NCBI RefSeq assembly: GCF_964204645.1
Contig: NC_134034.1
Location: forward strand, 8,072,962-8,136,961
DNA: 64,000 nucleotides
Direction: 5' to 3'
From: Tubulanus polymorphus
Lineage: Eukaryota > Animalia > Nemertea
Shown here: positions 1 to 12,159 of the stretch, piece by piece
Numbering within the stretch: position 1 is the stretch's first letter
How the letters are laid out: every line of letters starts with the position of its first letter
Notes under the pieces: model-generated
Database searches by the model: none
Told to the model about the DNA's origin: nothing
Seen by the model: only the letters and a program-made list of their open reading frames with translations
Position numbers and translations under genes: made by a program

Positions 1-429
1 TAAAACATGCTTATTGTGTACCGCTAGTTGTTTAGTTATTATGTCTGTGATCGATAGTTGGAAAGTGTTCACAAACTCTTTAGTTAGCGTATTATCTTGC
101 ATTTCGACTAGCATTTCAAAGCCATCCCAAATTACACCAACATCTTCATTTACTTCAGTGAGTGTATCTCCGGTAGATTATCTTAATCGCTTAGCTCGTT
201 TTGCTGCTGGAGTTGCTGATATCGATTTTTCGGATTGGCCAAGAGCAACGGGTGAGCTACCGAATACATTTTAATTTTGTACTGGACCAGGTTCAGATTC
301 ATTAGGAGAGTTTGTTGATTCATCAGGTTCATTAGATGAATCGGGTCGACTGTGGGTTGTGTAGGTGTCCATTGTATTCTGTTGTATTCCAGACTGCTTG
401 TTTGGTTTAATTGGTTTGAGTTTATTCAT
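1..429 (-). mobile_element. Possible decayed 5' part of a LINE ORF1, running off the window edge
   Basis: Minus frame from ATG at 429 (MNKLKPIKPNKQSGIQQNTMDTY...TPAAKRAKRLR...QLSITDIITKQL) with internal stops. Low-complexity, then basic, then helical, like LINE ORF1 N-termini. No diagnostic motif. Confidence 0.25.
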
Positions 430-759
430 TTCGCGTCACTGCTTGTTACTGAGCACTCGCAATTTCACGCATAAACTCTAACAGAAGTTAACGTTATGTT
501 GTATACACACAAGATTTAGCAGAAGTAAATTCATTTCAACTCATTTCTGTCAAAACTAACTCGTTAGAAGTTTAGATGCATGAAAATATCCGGTTTAGAG
601 CACGCACAGAAATTCCAAATTCTGTTGAAAATTAGATCTCATGTTCACATTCCTCTCGGCAACATTCCTAAGATTAATCCATTTCTGTTTGAATACTGTA
701 TGACATAAATTAACTGACAGGATAGCACAGCCTACCAGGACTTTTGGCCATGTTGAATC

Positions 760-1957
760 TGAATTAAACCGTGCGCAAGCCCCGTTTCCCATCGGATGAT
801 ATGGGGTTGTACGCGACTTTTCAATGCTGAATATGTCGCACAGTTCTTTTATCAAATTACTTTCGAAATTAGCTCCTTGATCACATGGATGCGTTAAGGC
901 ACTCCGAACTTCGAAATAAAAGTTTCGAACAGAACCAGAGCTGCAGTGCGAGCGGACTGATTTCGAGTGGGAACTGCTAGTGCGTATTTAGTAAAGTGGT
1001 CAGCCATAACCAATACATGTTCAATCCTCCTTTACTTTGATCTAGTGTTGAAAAATCTAAACAAAGAACCTCGAGGGGCTCCGAAGTTATAATGGCCACT
1101 AGCGGAGCCTGTTGCACCGGCGTAGAGCTTTTACGCGCTACACAGCGTGTACACGATTTCACATAGAGGTCAACATCCGCTGACATCCCAGGCCAGAAGA
1201 ATCGACTGCGAATTAACGCTAAGGTCTTATCTCTTCTGGATGTCCCATATGATCGTGCAGCATTTCACACACAAATGACATTTCTGACGATGGCAGGACT
1301 ATTCTTAGACGCTCCAATTCAAAGTCTAAATTTCGACGGCAAAGTAAGCCCTCCTGGAGAATGTACTGATTGCCATTTTCGATCAGCACGAGAAGACGGT
1401 CATCTCCCATATCTTTGCAACTGATTTATAATACGACTCAAATCCGCGTTTGCCTCTTGGAGCGAGATCAACTCACGCCTACACACACCTAACCCTTGTA
1501 AATCCGGGACATATTCGCTACTCAAGGGGATTGATGGAAAGTCGGCTGAAAGTGCATGGCATACCGCGTCAACAACAATCGTTGAAACGTGCACGCGGCG
1601 ACTCAACGCATCCGCATCCACGTTACATTTGCCAGACAAGTACTCTAAAGAGAGATCACATATGATCAATGACTGTAACCAGCGATGGTTGGTAGCATCC
1701 ATTTTGGCAGATGACAGGATATATTTGAGGGGGTTGTTATCGGTTTTGACCGTACATTTCTGACCATAAAGGTAATCATAGAACGCGTCAGTTACGGCCC
1801 ACTTTAAAGCCAAGCACTCAAGTTTGTGGACGGCATAATTTCTTTCAGAGTTCGGACGGCAGACCGTAGTTAGCATAAGCGAGTACGGGGTGTTGGGAAA
1901 GGGTATTTTTCAGTTGGTCAAAAGCGTCTTGTTGCGCCTCTCCCCAAATCAACCTTT
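760..1957 (-). pseudogene. Gypsy RNase H and integrase fragments
   Basis: ERNYAVHKLECLALKWAV, VKTDNNPL and NVDADALSR (RNase H). LHDHMGHP...CTRC (HHCC zinc finger). LCLDF and [19 protein letters not shown] (integrase core). Confidence 0.93.
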
Positions 1958-2780
1958 TTAGGCCAGCCGTAGGCTGAGCCTATTACTATACAAATGGAGC
2001 GAATTTAAATGACATGGTTTCCACACAAAAGGCTCTTTTGCTTGCCAAGTGAGGGCATATTCGAACAAATCACGTATTTAAGCGTAATCCATTCTCGGAA
2101 TCGTAGCGAGCAGAATTTTGAAATAGGGTCTCATAAAAATGTTTTCTGCATTTTTCACGAAAGTTAAATCGGGAAAATTTCAATTTTTATCAGCCAATCA
2201 GGAAGTTGTGTCTTCCCTGTGATTGGTTTATCTGAAAATATCAGCAGCTGTTCACGTGAATTATCGCGATTTCATTACTGGCGCTTTTGCGCATGACGTC
2301 ATGTATCAACACGCGACAATACTTCCGCGTTCGCTACGTGTTCGCTGATTGGCCCATTTACTGGGAAATTCCACAGAAGCCTAATGTGGTTTGTTACAAG
2401 CGCTGTGATTGGCCCGACCCGATTCTGGCATGGCTTTAGCTTAGTGGGTTCGAATCCCTTGACGCGTGAAGATGATGGATCCTATCAATATCTATTGAAA
2501 CAAATAAGTTTCCCGGTTGGGCAGCCGCGGATATCTACCGGAAGTGTTCCGGTTCGATATTTCGAGGTTTCTTTGAATTTTGGAGTGATATTGAAATCCG
2601 GTAAATACCAGCGGTAGATTGTGAAAACCCATTGCATGATATTTGTATTACTTAATCCACGAAAAGCGTCGGGGCCGCGCCAGGAGTTTTCGTGATTCAA
2701 GTAGCGCAATAGCCTACTTCTTCGTGTTCGTCCACCTCAATTTTCATTCCGCCGATCTCTGACACGGCTCTCTCCCCGTC

Positions 2781-2950
2781 GGCGCTGTGATTGCACTTTT
2801 GTACCACCAAAATTTTTTATTTCTATATCAGGGAGGTCTGGAGAATAAAAAAGTCAAAATTTGGATATCACATAGGCCTGATTTCATCGAATAAGTCGAC
2901 CATGGTCGTTACGTTTCCGTACTTATTACCACCTAAAACCGTCTGAACAA
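2781..2950 (+). mobile_element. Single end of a MITE related to the element at 18736-19360
   Basis: GGCGCT..TTGCACTTTTGTACC, TATCAGGGAGGTCTG and TTACCACCTAAAA blocks are shared with 18736-18950. Confidence 0.55.
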
Positions 2951-3907
2951 TTTTGTCACAACCAACATTTCGTTTACAGAAATCAGGTGTTCACGTGAAC
3001 CCGCGGTATCGTCTACTGTTTTACTTCCGGGTTTTATTTTAAGATTTAAAATTGTATTTCAAGATCGATTTCTATGAAATATTTAGTTGATTTGGTGTTT
3101 GGGAGGAATTTTTATTTGCTCTACAGAAAATTCATCCTTGACAATTGCGCAAGGTTCGCGAAAAAAATGGTTTTACCAAATCGGGTGTATGACCTTGATA
3201 TGCTAATTAGCCATGTGCCCACATTGCAAATTCAATCAAATTTTATTCTGCCAAAAAAAATGTTAAATACAATTCGCTTTCCGAGAGTTAATGGTATGCT
3301 GCATGGAACAAAGTTGTTTTGAGATGGGTCTTGAAGCTATTGAGGTCGAGAGATAACCATCTGGATAGTTCGTGAGAGTTCCAAAGTTTTGAAGAGGCTT
3401 CAAGGTAATGTCTTGATATTTGGTTTATACGTGTATCTACCCTAGACACATCTTCAGGCCAAAAACTGGCCCTGTCAGATTCAAGATGGCCGACTGGCAG
3501 CCATTTTTGTTCGCCAAAATCAGCACTTTTTACACATTTTTTAAGTTTTCGAGGGAAATTTTGAAGACACTTTTATCAATAACCTTGATAATTCGTATAT
3601 ATTTGTTTCCCCCGTGGGCCCATCGGCATGAGAAAAATTGGGTCGATCGGACTCAAGATGGCTGTACTGTGACCTTTTTTGTTCCCAAAAATGTCAATTT
3701 TGGCCTGAATTCTGAGTACTGTAGCTTTCTAATGGTGTGCCATGTTTCATTGCAATTTGTAATGGGTATTCTTTGGAAAGGGATCTTTTATATCCGAGAG
3801 GGTATTTTTGACCAGGCAATTACGACGCACTTGGCGGCCATCTTGGAGTCATCAGTACTCATTCGTAGGTGGAAAAAAGTTTTTCCACATCATAATTGAT
3901 ACTTAAG

Positions 3908-4210
3908 CATATTTTGCTACTATAATCAATTGGAAAGTTGTAGCTCATGACGTTCTATGATCGAGGTGAGTTTCAAGCTCATTGGTTTTTGTTTATGGCC
4001 ACCAGGGGGCGTTGAACAATACAATAACTTAGTATTTATATATTACATTCGTACCTATGCATATTTTGCTACCACAATCAATTGGAAAGTTGTAGCTCAT
4101 GACATGGTCTATGATCTTGGTGAGTTTCAAGCTCATTGTTTTTTGTATATGGCCACCAGGGGGCGTTGAACAATACAATAACTTCGTATTTCTATATTAC
4201 ATTCGTTCCT
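3908..4210 (+). repeat. Two ~152-bp tandem units inside the HINE, each with a CTCF-consensus motif
   Basis: Units start at 3908 and 4060. TGGCCACCAGGGGGCG at 3996-4011 and 4150-4165. Confidence 0.85.
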
Positions 4211-4351
4211 GCTGTCTGTGTTAACACACGATTTTACTATGTAAATGATATTGAGCAGGGAGTGTATATTGATAAATATAACCAACAGATTACATCATTT
4301 ATAAAAAGAAAATCTGACAGGCTGGCCATTGTGCCCCTTGGGGCTCTTGTT

Positions 4352-4932
4352 TAGCATTTCCTGGACCGAGAGTTCACGCTCTTGGGTACGTCCTTTAATA
4401 AGTCATCTAGAGGTTTTGCCATTTTGGCGAAATCCTTTATGAACCTGCTATAATATGAGGCGAATCCAATAAAACTTCTCACCTCAGAAACAGTGCTGGG
4501 CTTAACCCATTCCCTGACCGATCGTGTTTTATCTGGATCCGGTTCTATACCAGCATGCCCCCAATTTAACATTTTCTCACGAAAGAAGGAACACTTTGAT
4601 GGTTTTAGCTTGAGCCCGGCATCTTTAATTTTCTGAAAAACGACGGTATGAGGCGTAGAACGTGCTGGTCAATCGAACTCGAAAATACAACAATGTCGTC
4701 TATAGACTAAAGACTCTTTTAAATGCAGTTCCCTTAGACAATTTTCCATTTATCGCTGAAAGGTGGCTGGAGCTCCTGTAAGACCAAAGGGCATGACGTT
4801 ACACTCGTAGAACCCGAAGCCGGGACCCACGGTAAAAGCTGTCCTTTCACGGTGTTCGGGTGCCATCCCGATAATCGATACAAAATCGCAATTCGCCTGT
4901 TTTCTTTCGTACTACGACGACTGGAGATGCAT
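4352..4932 (-). pseudogene. Gypsy reverse transcriptase fragment with an internal deletion
   Basis: ASPVVVVRK, LRFCIDYR, then a jump to RTAFTVGPGFGFYECNVMPFGLTGAPATFQR, VYIDDIVVFS, LKPSKC and VRSFIGFASYYSRFIKDFA. Confidence 0.92.
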
Positions 4933-5151
4933 TTTTCATCCATTGTGTCTCTGTACAAGACCACAATTTAAGTCAGACAGTCACAGACACACAATGGATA
5001 AATTTTCTGAGGACAAGAATTCTAACCTAAAAAGGAAACGAAAAGCTAATTTTACTTCGGGCGAACTCTTTTATCGCGACCGAAACCTCCATTCGAACTC
5101 TCCGGTGAAAAGTAAGATAGAATGCGATCGGAGAAAGTGTGGAGACCCATG

Positions 5152-6535
5152 ATGGCGACGGCGGGTGACAGTTTAACGCTGGCTTTGCCACTCTTATCAG
5201 AGTTATTTGACAACGACGATCTAGAGTCCTATCACTATCACAACGTTGAAGAAGAGAAACTTAAATATCAAGTTGTACTATGCTCGACTCTGTAAGTATC
5301 TTAAACACGCACCAAGCCATGAGGTTTACTTTCTTTTCAATTCAATTAAAATGATTTTATTTCGTTTGTGTTAGACTTAACTTTATTAATAATTAAGTTG
5401 CATATGACCGCCTGCATGATAGGAGCTAGGGGGCATAAATATGTTAAAAGCCACTAAAAGTTAATGTCAGTCTTGTCTGGTGTTCAACATCTACAACTTC
5501 CGTGAAAAGTTCTATCATTTTTTATTTTTCAGGCTGCGGTCGGACAGGATAAAAATAAACATGTACACAGAAAATATAGCAAGTGAATACTTGGACGAAG
5601 ATTTCAAGCGTTTATTTAGATTATCTCGAGGCACATATGCAACTCTGAGTAATCTACTCGAACCATTACCAGAGATGCAAACTGCAGTAATAAACAGAGG
5701 TCGACAGGCATTTAACGCAGAAAAAAAGATCCTTGCCACTTTGTGGTATCTAGGTACATTGGACACAATTAGACAAATCTCAGACAGGTTCGATGTTACT
5801 GAATCGTGTGTTCTAAAGTGTATTACAACGGTATTATCTGCTATAACTAATGGACTTACAAAAAAGATAATTAAATGGCCATCAGTTGAAAAGCAGGAAG
5901 AGATTTCTGATAGATTTTACCAACGTAATGGTTTTCCTGGAATTATTGGGGCAATTGATTGCACACACGTTGAAATTAAAGCTCCTCGCAGGCCAGATAA
6001 ACAAGTGTTTGTGAACCGGAAATCATATCATTCCATGAATGTTCAGGCAGTGTGTAAAGACGACATGCGCTTCACCCATATTTATGTCGGCTGGCCGGGA
6101 AGCGTGAATGATTCGAGAATATTAGAAAACAGTGACTTGTGGAATAATTTCGGTTTATTTGGTGACAAACATGTTCTGGGCGATGGAGGTTATTCCTGTC
6201 GCAGATGGTTAGTGACGCCATATCGTAACGATGGCAATATGACTCGAGCTCGTAGACGATTTAATTACTTGTTGTCCAGTAATAGAGCAGTCATAGAAAG
6301 AGCGTTTGGTAGAGTTAAAGGTCGATTTAGGCGTCTCCATTATGTCAATGTCCATTCCATTAAAAAAATTATTATGATCATCACCTCTGCATTTGTCTTG
6401 CATAATATCTGTTCAATGTCAGATGAAGATGATCTTGAAGATTTACATGACGTTGTTGACGATGGCCTGGAGGCAAATAATGGTGCCGAGATCATAGGTG
6501 CTGATCATGAAAAAGAACAGTATAGAAACGATTAA
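5152..6535 (+). CDS. Harbinger (HARBI1-like) DDE transposase; exons 5152-5291 and 5533-6535
   Basis: A phase-2 GT-AG intron joins in frame (CT|gtaagt...tttcag|G). Motifs GFPGIIGAIDCTH, GWPGSVNDSR, LGDGGY, IERAFGRVKGRFR and LHN. Confidence 0.9.
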
Positions 6536-7610
6536 AGATTGCAATTGGTTGGAGAGTAGTATATCTTCTACCTTGCGTACAAAGTTTTAATGCATTTGTA
6601 ACACTTAAGTCATTGAATTAGTACTCAAGTCATTTATTTTTGTCCAATTCAATTATTTGCACACAGGTGACACAGAAGTTTGGTTTAGAGACTGAGGATG
6701 TTTGATGTATCAACTTTTATCAAAATGCGGCCTCGACTCCCTGCCCCATTAGCATTTCGCCAATTTTAGACTCCCTTAATGGCCACAATAATAACAATTG
6801 TTTTCATTATAATATACGAGTAGTTTAAAGCAATCAATTTCGAATTTATCATAACAGTGCATGCCTGGCTTCACGTGCAAAGTATACTATGCGTTGGATT
6901 TTTGTGGCTATCAAAATTTCTGCCAAAAGTTTATCATTCAAACTTCTCGGTTAACCCCCTTACACTGGATGCTGACCAGGGCCCCTAACTCCTTCCAAAC
7001 CAAAAATGTTTTTCAAGGTCCTTGGATTTTGAAAATTTTAAGGTTTAAGGCCTAGTTGTTATACACACAGATTCTACTGAATTATATGGTTTACCTGGAT
7101 AAACAGTACTGATTTAGGAGTCTTAAATTGTGATATGAAAGTGATGTATACACTCCTCGAAAAGTCCTTGAATTCTGGAATGACTGATCCGTAGGAACCC
7201 TGCTGATTGGAGACTGTTTCTCTGTTCCATGCCGCCCACAATTTTACTAAAGAGAATGCCATGAAAGGTATTACAGCAAAGGAACAAAATGTTATTATAT
7301 GTTTTATTATGGAAATCCTTCATCATAAAATTATAAAAATATAAATGATAATATAATTTCCCCATTTTATCACGTAACCAAAATTTCCCTCATTTTTAGA
7401 ACCGCTCCCCTTTCCGCAAATTCAAGCAGTATGTAATAGGATTGTGAAATGATATAGTACGAGATATACCGTACCATAAGTCATTTACAAATATTTTCAA
7501 TCAATTCAGTGAAAACTGTAATGTACAACTGAAAAAAAACTTGAGGTAGTCAGACTTATGCGTACCTTTTATCATAAAACAGCAAATACTGTATTGAACA
7601 AGCTGGATCT

Positions 7611-8286
7611 TTACTTTTTTGAAATAGCACTTACAAAATCTTTGAACAAAGACATTTTTTCATTATGCATTTGCATGGCCATGTCCTTGTCTATTTTACG
7701 TCGTTCCTCAGTTCTTTCTTCCATGGCCCCCAAATATTCAATTACTGTTGAAGCTGCTGATTTTTTTGACGTTCTACATTTATCCGATGGAGAGATTTCA
7801 TCAAGCTTTCGTTTTTTAACAATAGGTGATTTCGTTTTTTAACAATAGGTGATAATTCACTATCATCATCAGTAGATGAATCATGAAGAGGATTACTATC
7901 TCTACTACTGAAAGTAACTGGATTTATATTTGTCGATTTTACACCAAGACAGTCATCCAGCTCATTTTCATACACATAATCTTTGACATAGCCTGAACCC
8001 GATTTATTTTTTGCATCTTTTACATTTTTATTCCCTGTATTTATAGTTCTCCATCTACCCCTTATTTGCTCAGCACTAAAATCAAAATCATCATTCTGCA
8101 TTTCTTTTGCAATCTCCATCCACAACATGGACTTAAGCATCTTCCCTTCATTTACTTTATCAATATTTTTGCGATACAAATCGATCAACTTGAGGGTTGA
8201 CTGTTTGGTCCATTTTCCACTTGCAGTACCAGCCTCGTCCACTATTACACTCCGAGTTTCGGAATCAGTTAGATTTTCAATTGACC
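7611..8286 (-). pseudogene. Myb/SANT-like DNA-binding partner gene of Harbinger B (main exon), frameshifted
   Basis: KWTKQSTLKLIDLY...LWMEIAKEM...QIRGRWRTI trihelix motif, convergent with the transposase. A 23-bp tandem duplication at ~7808-7853 shifts the frame. Removing it restores a coiled-coil tail ending MHNEKMSLFKDFVSAISKK*. Confidence 0.85.
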
Positions 8287-8904
8287 CTGAAAAAATACCT
8301 AGTCTAATAACTTTGGAAGAATAAACCATCACATGTTTTTAAATAATTTGCAACCAAATCCTTTCCAAATTTAAAAAAAAAATAATGTTTTGTTGATTTT
8401 CTGCAGTATTGCAATGTCAATGCTTCTTGTATTCCTTATTGCCAACTGCCAAATGAATCTACTAAAATATTAAATTTGGCCACGATGCCCCTGAAATATA
8501 TGTTTAATATGCAGTTAGATAGAAAACATTCGAATATGATGCATATATACATACCTGAAGTTGATGCTTCTTTTTTTTCAATATGAAATGCTACACCGGC
8601 ATCTTGCGTTTCTCCTATAATTTAATCAAGGCGACAAATTTAAAACTGGAATTTTGACACGTACAACTTACAAAACCGTTCAAAAAGTGAAAACGGGACT
8701 ATAGCCAATGTAGAGTGGTTCTTTAAAAATATGCATACCGGTGCCACCCTGTGCACAAAACGTATCATAATTTCGTAGCAGAGTTTTCAGAATACATGTA
8801 TCTAAAAATATTACATAAACAAGAAATCAACATGTACTGAGTGGAAGTATTACGAGATAATGAAGATTAGAGTTAACTACAAAACTCCATGAAATTGCAT
8901 GGAC

Positions 8905-9354
8905 TCCACAATCAATTGCACCAATACAATTAGGAAAACCTCCAAAATCGTAGAAACCTTGGCATATTCGATTTTTATCCTGATCTGTGGTCGGCCAGAC
9001 TATATCTTCGTTACTTTTTCTGGCAAGCGCCTCTGATTTCCAAACAGTTGATTTAACAAGACCAAATGTATCACCCAGTGCTTCCAAATAACTACCCGTT
9101 GCGTAATATCGGAGAGCAACCTTCACTTGTAACTCAGCAGAAAGTGCTTTGGAACGTTGTGTATCATACGTTATATCTTCTCGAATTAAATCTGTTATTC
9201 GTGTGATATTTTCCGAACTAAATCTATATTTCTGTCTCACTTCATTTTCTGAATAATCATTAATTGCAAATTTAACTGTTTCGTGATATCGATAGCGGCG
9301 TGGGTGTCTATAAATTCGTTCTTGATAGATATCATCATAAAAAATGGCAGCCAT
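8905..9354 (-). pseudogene. 5' half of the Harbinger A transposase, truncated after the first catalytic Asp
   Basis: YRFSSENI, ALRYYATGS and GFPNCIGAIDC, after which similarity is lost. Confidence 0.88.
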
Positions 9355-9557
9355 TTTGATAATCTATCCTGGTGATAGTGTTGCTATCACCACGTCGGAG
9401 GTGTGTTAACTTTATCACTGGGATAGCTGATTTTATCCCGGTGATAAAGTTAAGACAGGTTTGAAAAACACACTATCCCAGTGATAAAAATAATTAACAC
9501 CGGGATAGCGATTTATCACCGGGATAGGGCTTATCACCGCATTGAAAAACGCAGCCC

Positions 9558-11570
9558 TGGTGGACAGATTGATTCTATGTTCAATTAAATTTGTCCGCCC
9601 TAGATCCAAGTCATTAACTGCGAAAATACCCCGCCATAACCATAGAAGCTTTTCCAGTTTTTCTATCGCTTCTGGTATTACTTCGTCCAATTTGAACATT
9701 TTAAAAAATTCATTACGACTCAAAGCTTTAGGTGAGGAATCTTCATGGTGGTTCCGTGATTTCGAATCTTCAACTTCCTCGCCGCCACCACCTATTGGTG
9801 ACGAGGTTTCCGCCGTTTCAGATAAGCTCTTAAACTGTTCCACCAGGGGCAGAGGTTACTTTAGTAAGTTTGATGGGATCTGTATTTTTCTCGGCTCGAA
9901 CTGTATGAGCAATGTTCCACGCTTGGGGAAGCGACGAAAATCCGATACATGATTGAGGATATTGTTCCTACAAGAACGGGAACCTTATCATGAAAAACTG
10001 TGTGGTCTACTACCAGAAAAGGAACATCCAAGCTAAAACCTCCCTGATTTTCTTGACATTTGATTTTGACTAGTATATACCCCGAATACGGTAGGGTGGT
10101 ACCATCTACTGTGGTTACTTCAAGAAAATCTGAAATGGGGAAGACAGGGGTTTCCGGCAAATAGATGTCCACGAAATTACGAGATATGGTTGAAACTTGT
10201 GAACCGCTCTCAATCAAGGCTGCACAGGAGTTATACCATCAACTGAATTTTCAGAAATGTTTCGTTTACCAACAATACGATAGGAAATTTGCGTTTCGGA
10301 GCTATTTACTGAGGATGCACCACACGTCTGCTCCCCGACGCGGGCGCTATTGCTTTTGGGTTATTTGCATCGTTTGACTTTTGCGTAAACTCACTGGTGC
10401 CCGATGGTCTAGACGAGACATTGTTTGGACATACTCTGCGATAATGCCCGATGCCACCGCAGGAAAAACATGTTTTATTTATCGAGGCACTGTACCGTGG
10501 ACGGAAAAGACTGAGCTCCGCCATATCGCTGCCCAGACTGATAGGATGCTGGAGGTTTTGTCCACATGCGAAGCATGTTTTCTAAACTCCACTCCATGGC
10601 GGCCATGCGTGTTAACAATTTTTCAAAACGTCGTTCCCACTGAGACGACATCTTTAGTACCGGAGGTAAGGGATAGACTGAAAGATTTGCTTGTTTATTC
10701 GATATTTGCGCAGTAACGGGGTTCTTATTCACAATAGGTTTGGCATCTTTACGTGTTTTCTTCCCTTCGATTTTCCTCGCCTCAGTTACCATCTCGTAAT
10801 AAGTGTCATTTAAGTGAAAAGGGAAACGCGTACCCATACGAACCAAATCGTCTCGCAAACCACGCCAAAATTGACCACGTAGCGTTTTAGAACTAATAGC
10901 TCCCGCACTCCCTGGAACTTGGCGTATTCGCGACGCCAAATCTTCTAACCGACACGACCATTATGGGACAGTCTCTTCCTGCTTTTGCACGCACACATAA
11001 AACTGAGCTAGCCCCTCTTCTAAAGAAAATACCTCTTCAAAAACTAAACTCATGCGCGTCAGGATAGTAGAAATATCTGCACCTGGGCCGCAATTTAACA
11101 ACACGCCCGCGGCATCTCCGCGAAGAGATCTACGTATGGCCTGAAGAATTGTTCCCTCTGTAAGTGCGTCATCTCTCTGAAGATCGAGTACCTCTAGTTT
11201 CCACTGTCGGAAACTGACATCCCCCTTGGCCGTACTAGCCCCCAAGAAAGAGCCTAGTCTAGGTGTTTGAATTGCAATTGTTTTTTCAACCCTAGACTGT
11301 TTCTGTAAATTGAGTGAGGGTTTCTGTGGAGTTGAACAGAACTGTTTCTGCGACCCTGGTGAATTGAACACGTTTCTAGCAGGGTTTTTGAATTGTTTTT
11401 CTAATGGAGATTTTCCCCTATCAATTAGTTCTTTGACAAGGTGGTGTTGTTCATCACAATATATTTTTCTCCCTCCATTGGACGATTTTCACTTACGAAC
11501 AAATTTGGCCGTTCTTCCGAAAGCTTCCCGCTCATTTCTACGGACCAAGCTCCAATCACATATCACATGA
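9558..11570 (-). pseudogene. Gypsy gag (PNMA-like capsid plus CCHC knuckle) and aspartic protease
   Basis: SFRQWKLEV...ILQAIRRSLRGDA; CFSCGGIGHYRRVC; ALIESGSQVSTIS (catalytic D changed to E); DLGRTNLIEHRINL. Confidence 0.9.
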
Positions 11571-11621
11571 TCGCGATCAACGATTCATTCGACACTTGAA
11601 ATCGTAGATTTTGTCGACCGA

Positions 11622-11642
11622 CGAATCCCAGCGAGGGTGCCA
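11622..11642 (-). promoter_or_regulatory. Primer-binding site of the Gypsy element
   Basis: Minus TGGCACCCTCGCTGGGATTCG begins 2 nt after the LTR end (...GTGACA-TT-TGG) and is complementary to a tRNA 3' end. An Arg tRNA is my guess. Confidence 0.8.
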
Positions 11643-11644
11643 AA

Positions 11645-11910
11645 TGTCACAGGGTAAAATTCCTCCGTTCGTCCTGCTTTATCGGATCCTTGTCGTCACG
11701 GACTCAAGTGCCAAGAATCGCTACGGAAAATATTCTGCACGAGAACATATAATACACATCAGTAACATTTTATTTCTAAAGGCGTTACCTTATCGGCAAC
11801 AGCCCAAACAATACCAAATTCCAACGCATTTCACATAATGTGTATACAACTCATAGATAGATGGTAGCACCTATCGGTAAACGCAATGCAAAGATTTACA
11901 TCCGGTTACA
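11645..11910 (-). repeat. Putative 5' LTR (~266 bp)
   Basis: Minus strand starts TGTAAC and ends GTGACA, contains AATAAA (11768-11773) and abuts the PBS. There is no second LTR to confirm the outer boundary. Confidence 0.65.
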
Positions 11911-11954
11911 TTAAGACAAGACTTATTTTAAGTCTCAACTATGGAACCGGCCCC
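11911..11954. mobile_element. End of a Harbinger-like non-autonomous element flanking the LTR
   Basis: AAGACTTATTTTAAGTCTCAACTATGGAACCGGCCCC resembles a GGGGCCGGTT-type TIR with a palindromic subterminal motif. The partner end is not in the window. Confidence 0.4.
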
Positions 11955-12159
11955 AGGGCCTAGGCGTGCCCATCCGCCAGTACGGACCTATTCTGGACGG
12001 CCGCCGGCAGCCGGCACAATAATCGCCAGCCCGTGCGCTGCCGTGTCGATGGAATCCGTTGAACAACCTGATCGAACACATCCGTAATCTGATTCTGACT
12101 GGTTAATCGATTAAGTGAAACGTTCGGTTATAAGTTCCGATCACAACTATTAGTCGACT

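Larger units (their letters stand above)
1958..4351 (+). mobile_element. Non-autonomous Helentron/Helitron2-type element (HINE) inserted in Gypsy pol
   Basis: 5' T-run plus GGCCAGCC matches inverted GGCTGGCC at 4320-4327. This is followed by hairpin GCCCC-tt-GGGGC and TCTTGTT. Internal CAAGATGGC/GCCATCTTG motifs. Gypsy pol resumes on both sides. Confidence 0.7.
4935..9557. mobile_element. PIF/Harbinger element A (outer, deleted) with Harbinger B nested inside
   Basis: One end at 9557 (minus GGGCTGCGTTTTTCAATG) with GGTGATA/GGGATAG subterminal repeats at 9360-9545. Transposase 5' half on minus. Myb/SANT-like start MDKFSEDKNSNLKRKRKANFTSGEL on plus at 4994. The left TIR was not found. Confidence 0.6.
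760..11910 (-). mobile_element. Decayed Ty3/Gypsy LTR retrotransposon, split by nested insertions, 3'-truncated within integrase
   Basis: Minus-strand order LTR-PBS-gag-PR-RT-RH-IN is the Gypsy order. Many frameshifts and stops. No 3' LTR in the window. Confidence 0.93.

Noticed and set aside
2430-2465. tRNA or SINE suggested by the B-box GGTTCGAATCC
   Set aside because: I could not build a cloverleaf or find a properly spaced A-box.
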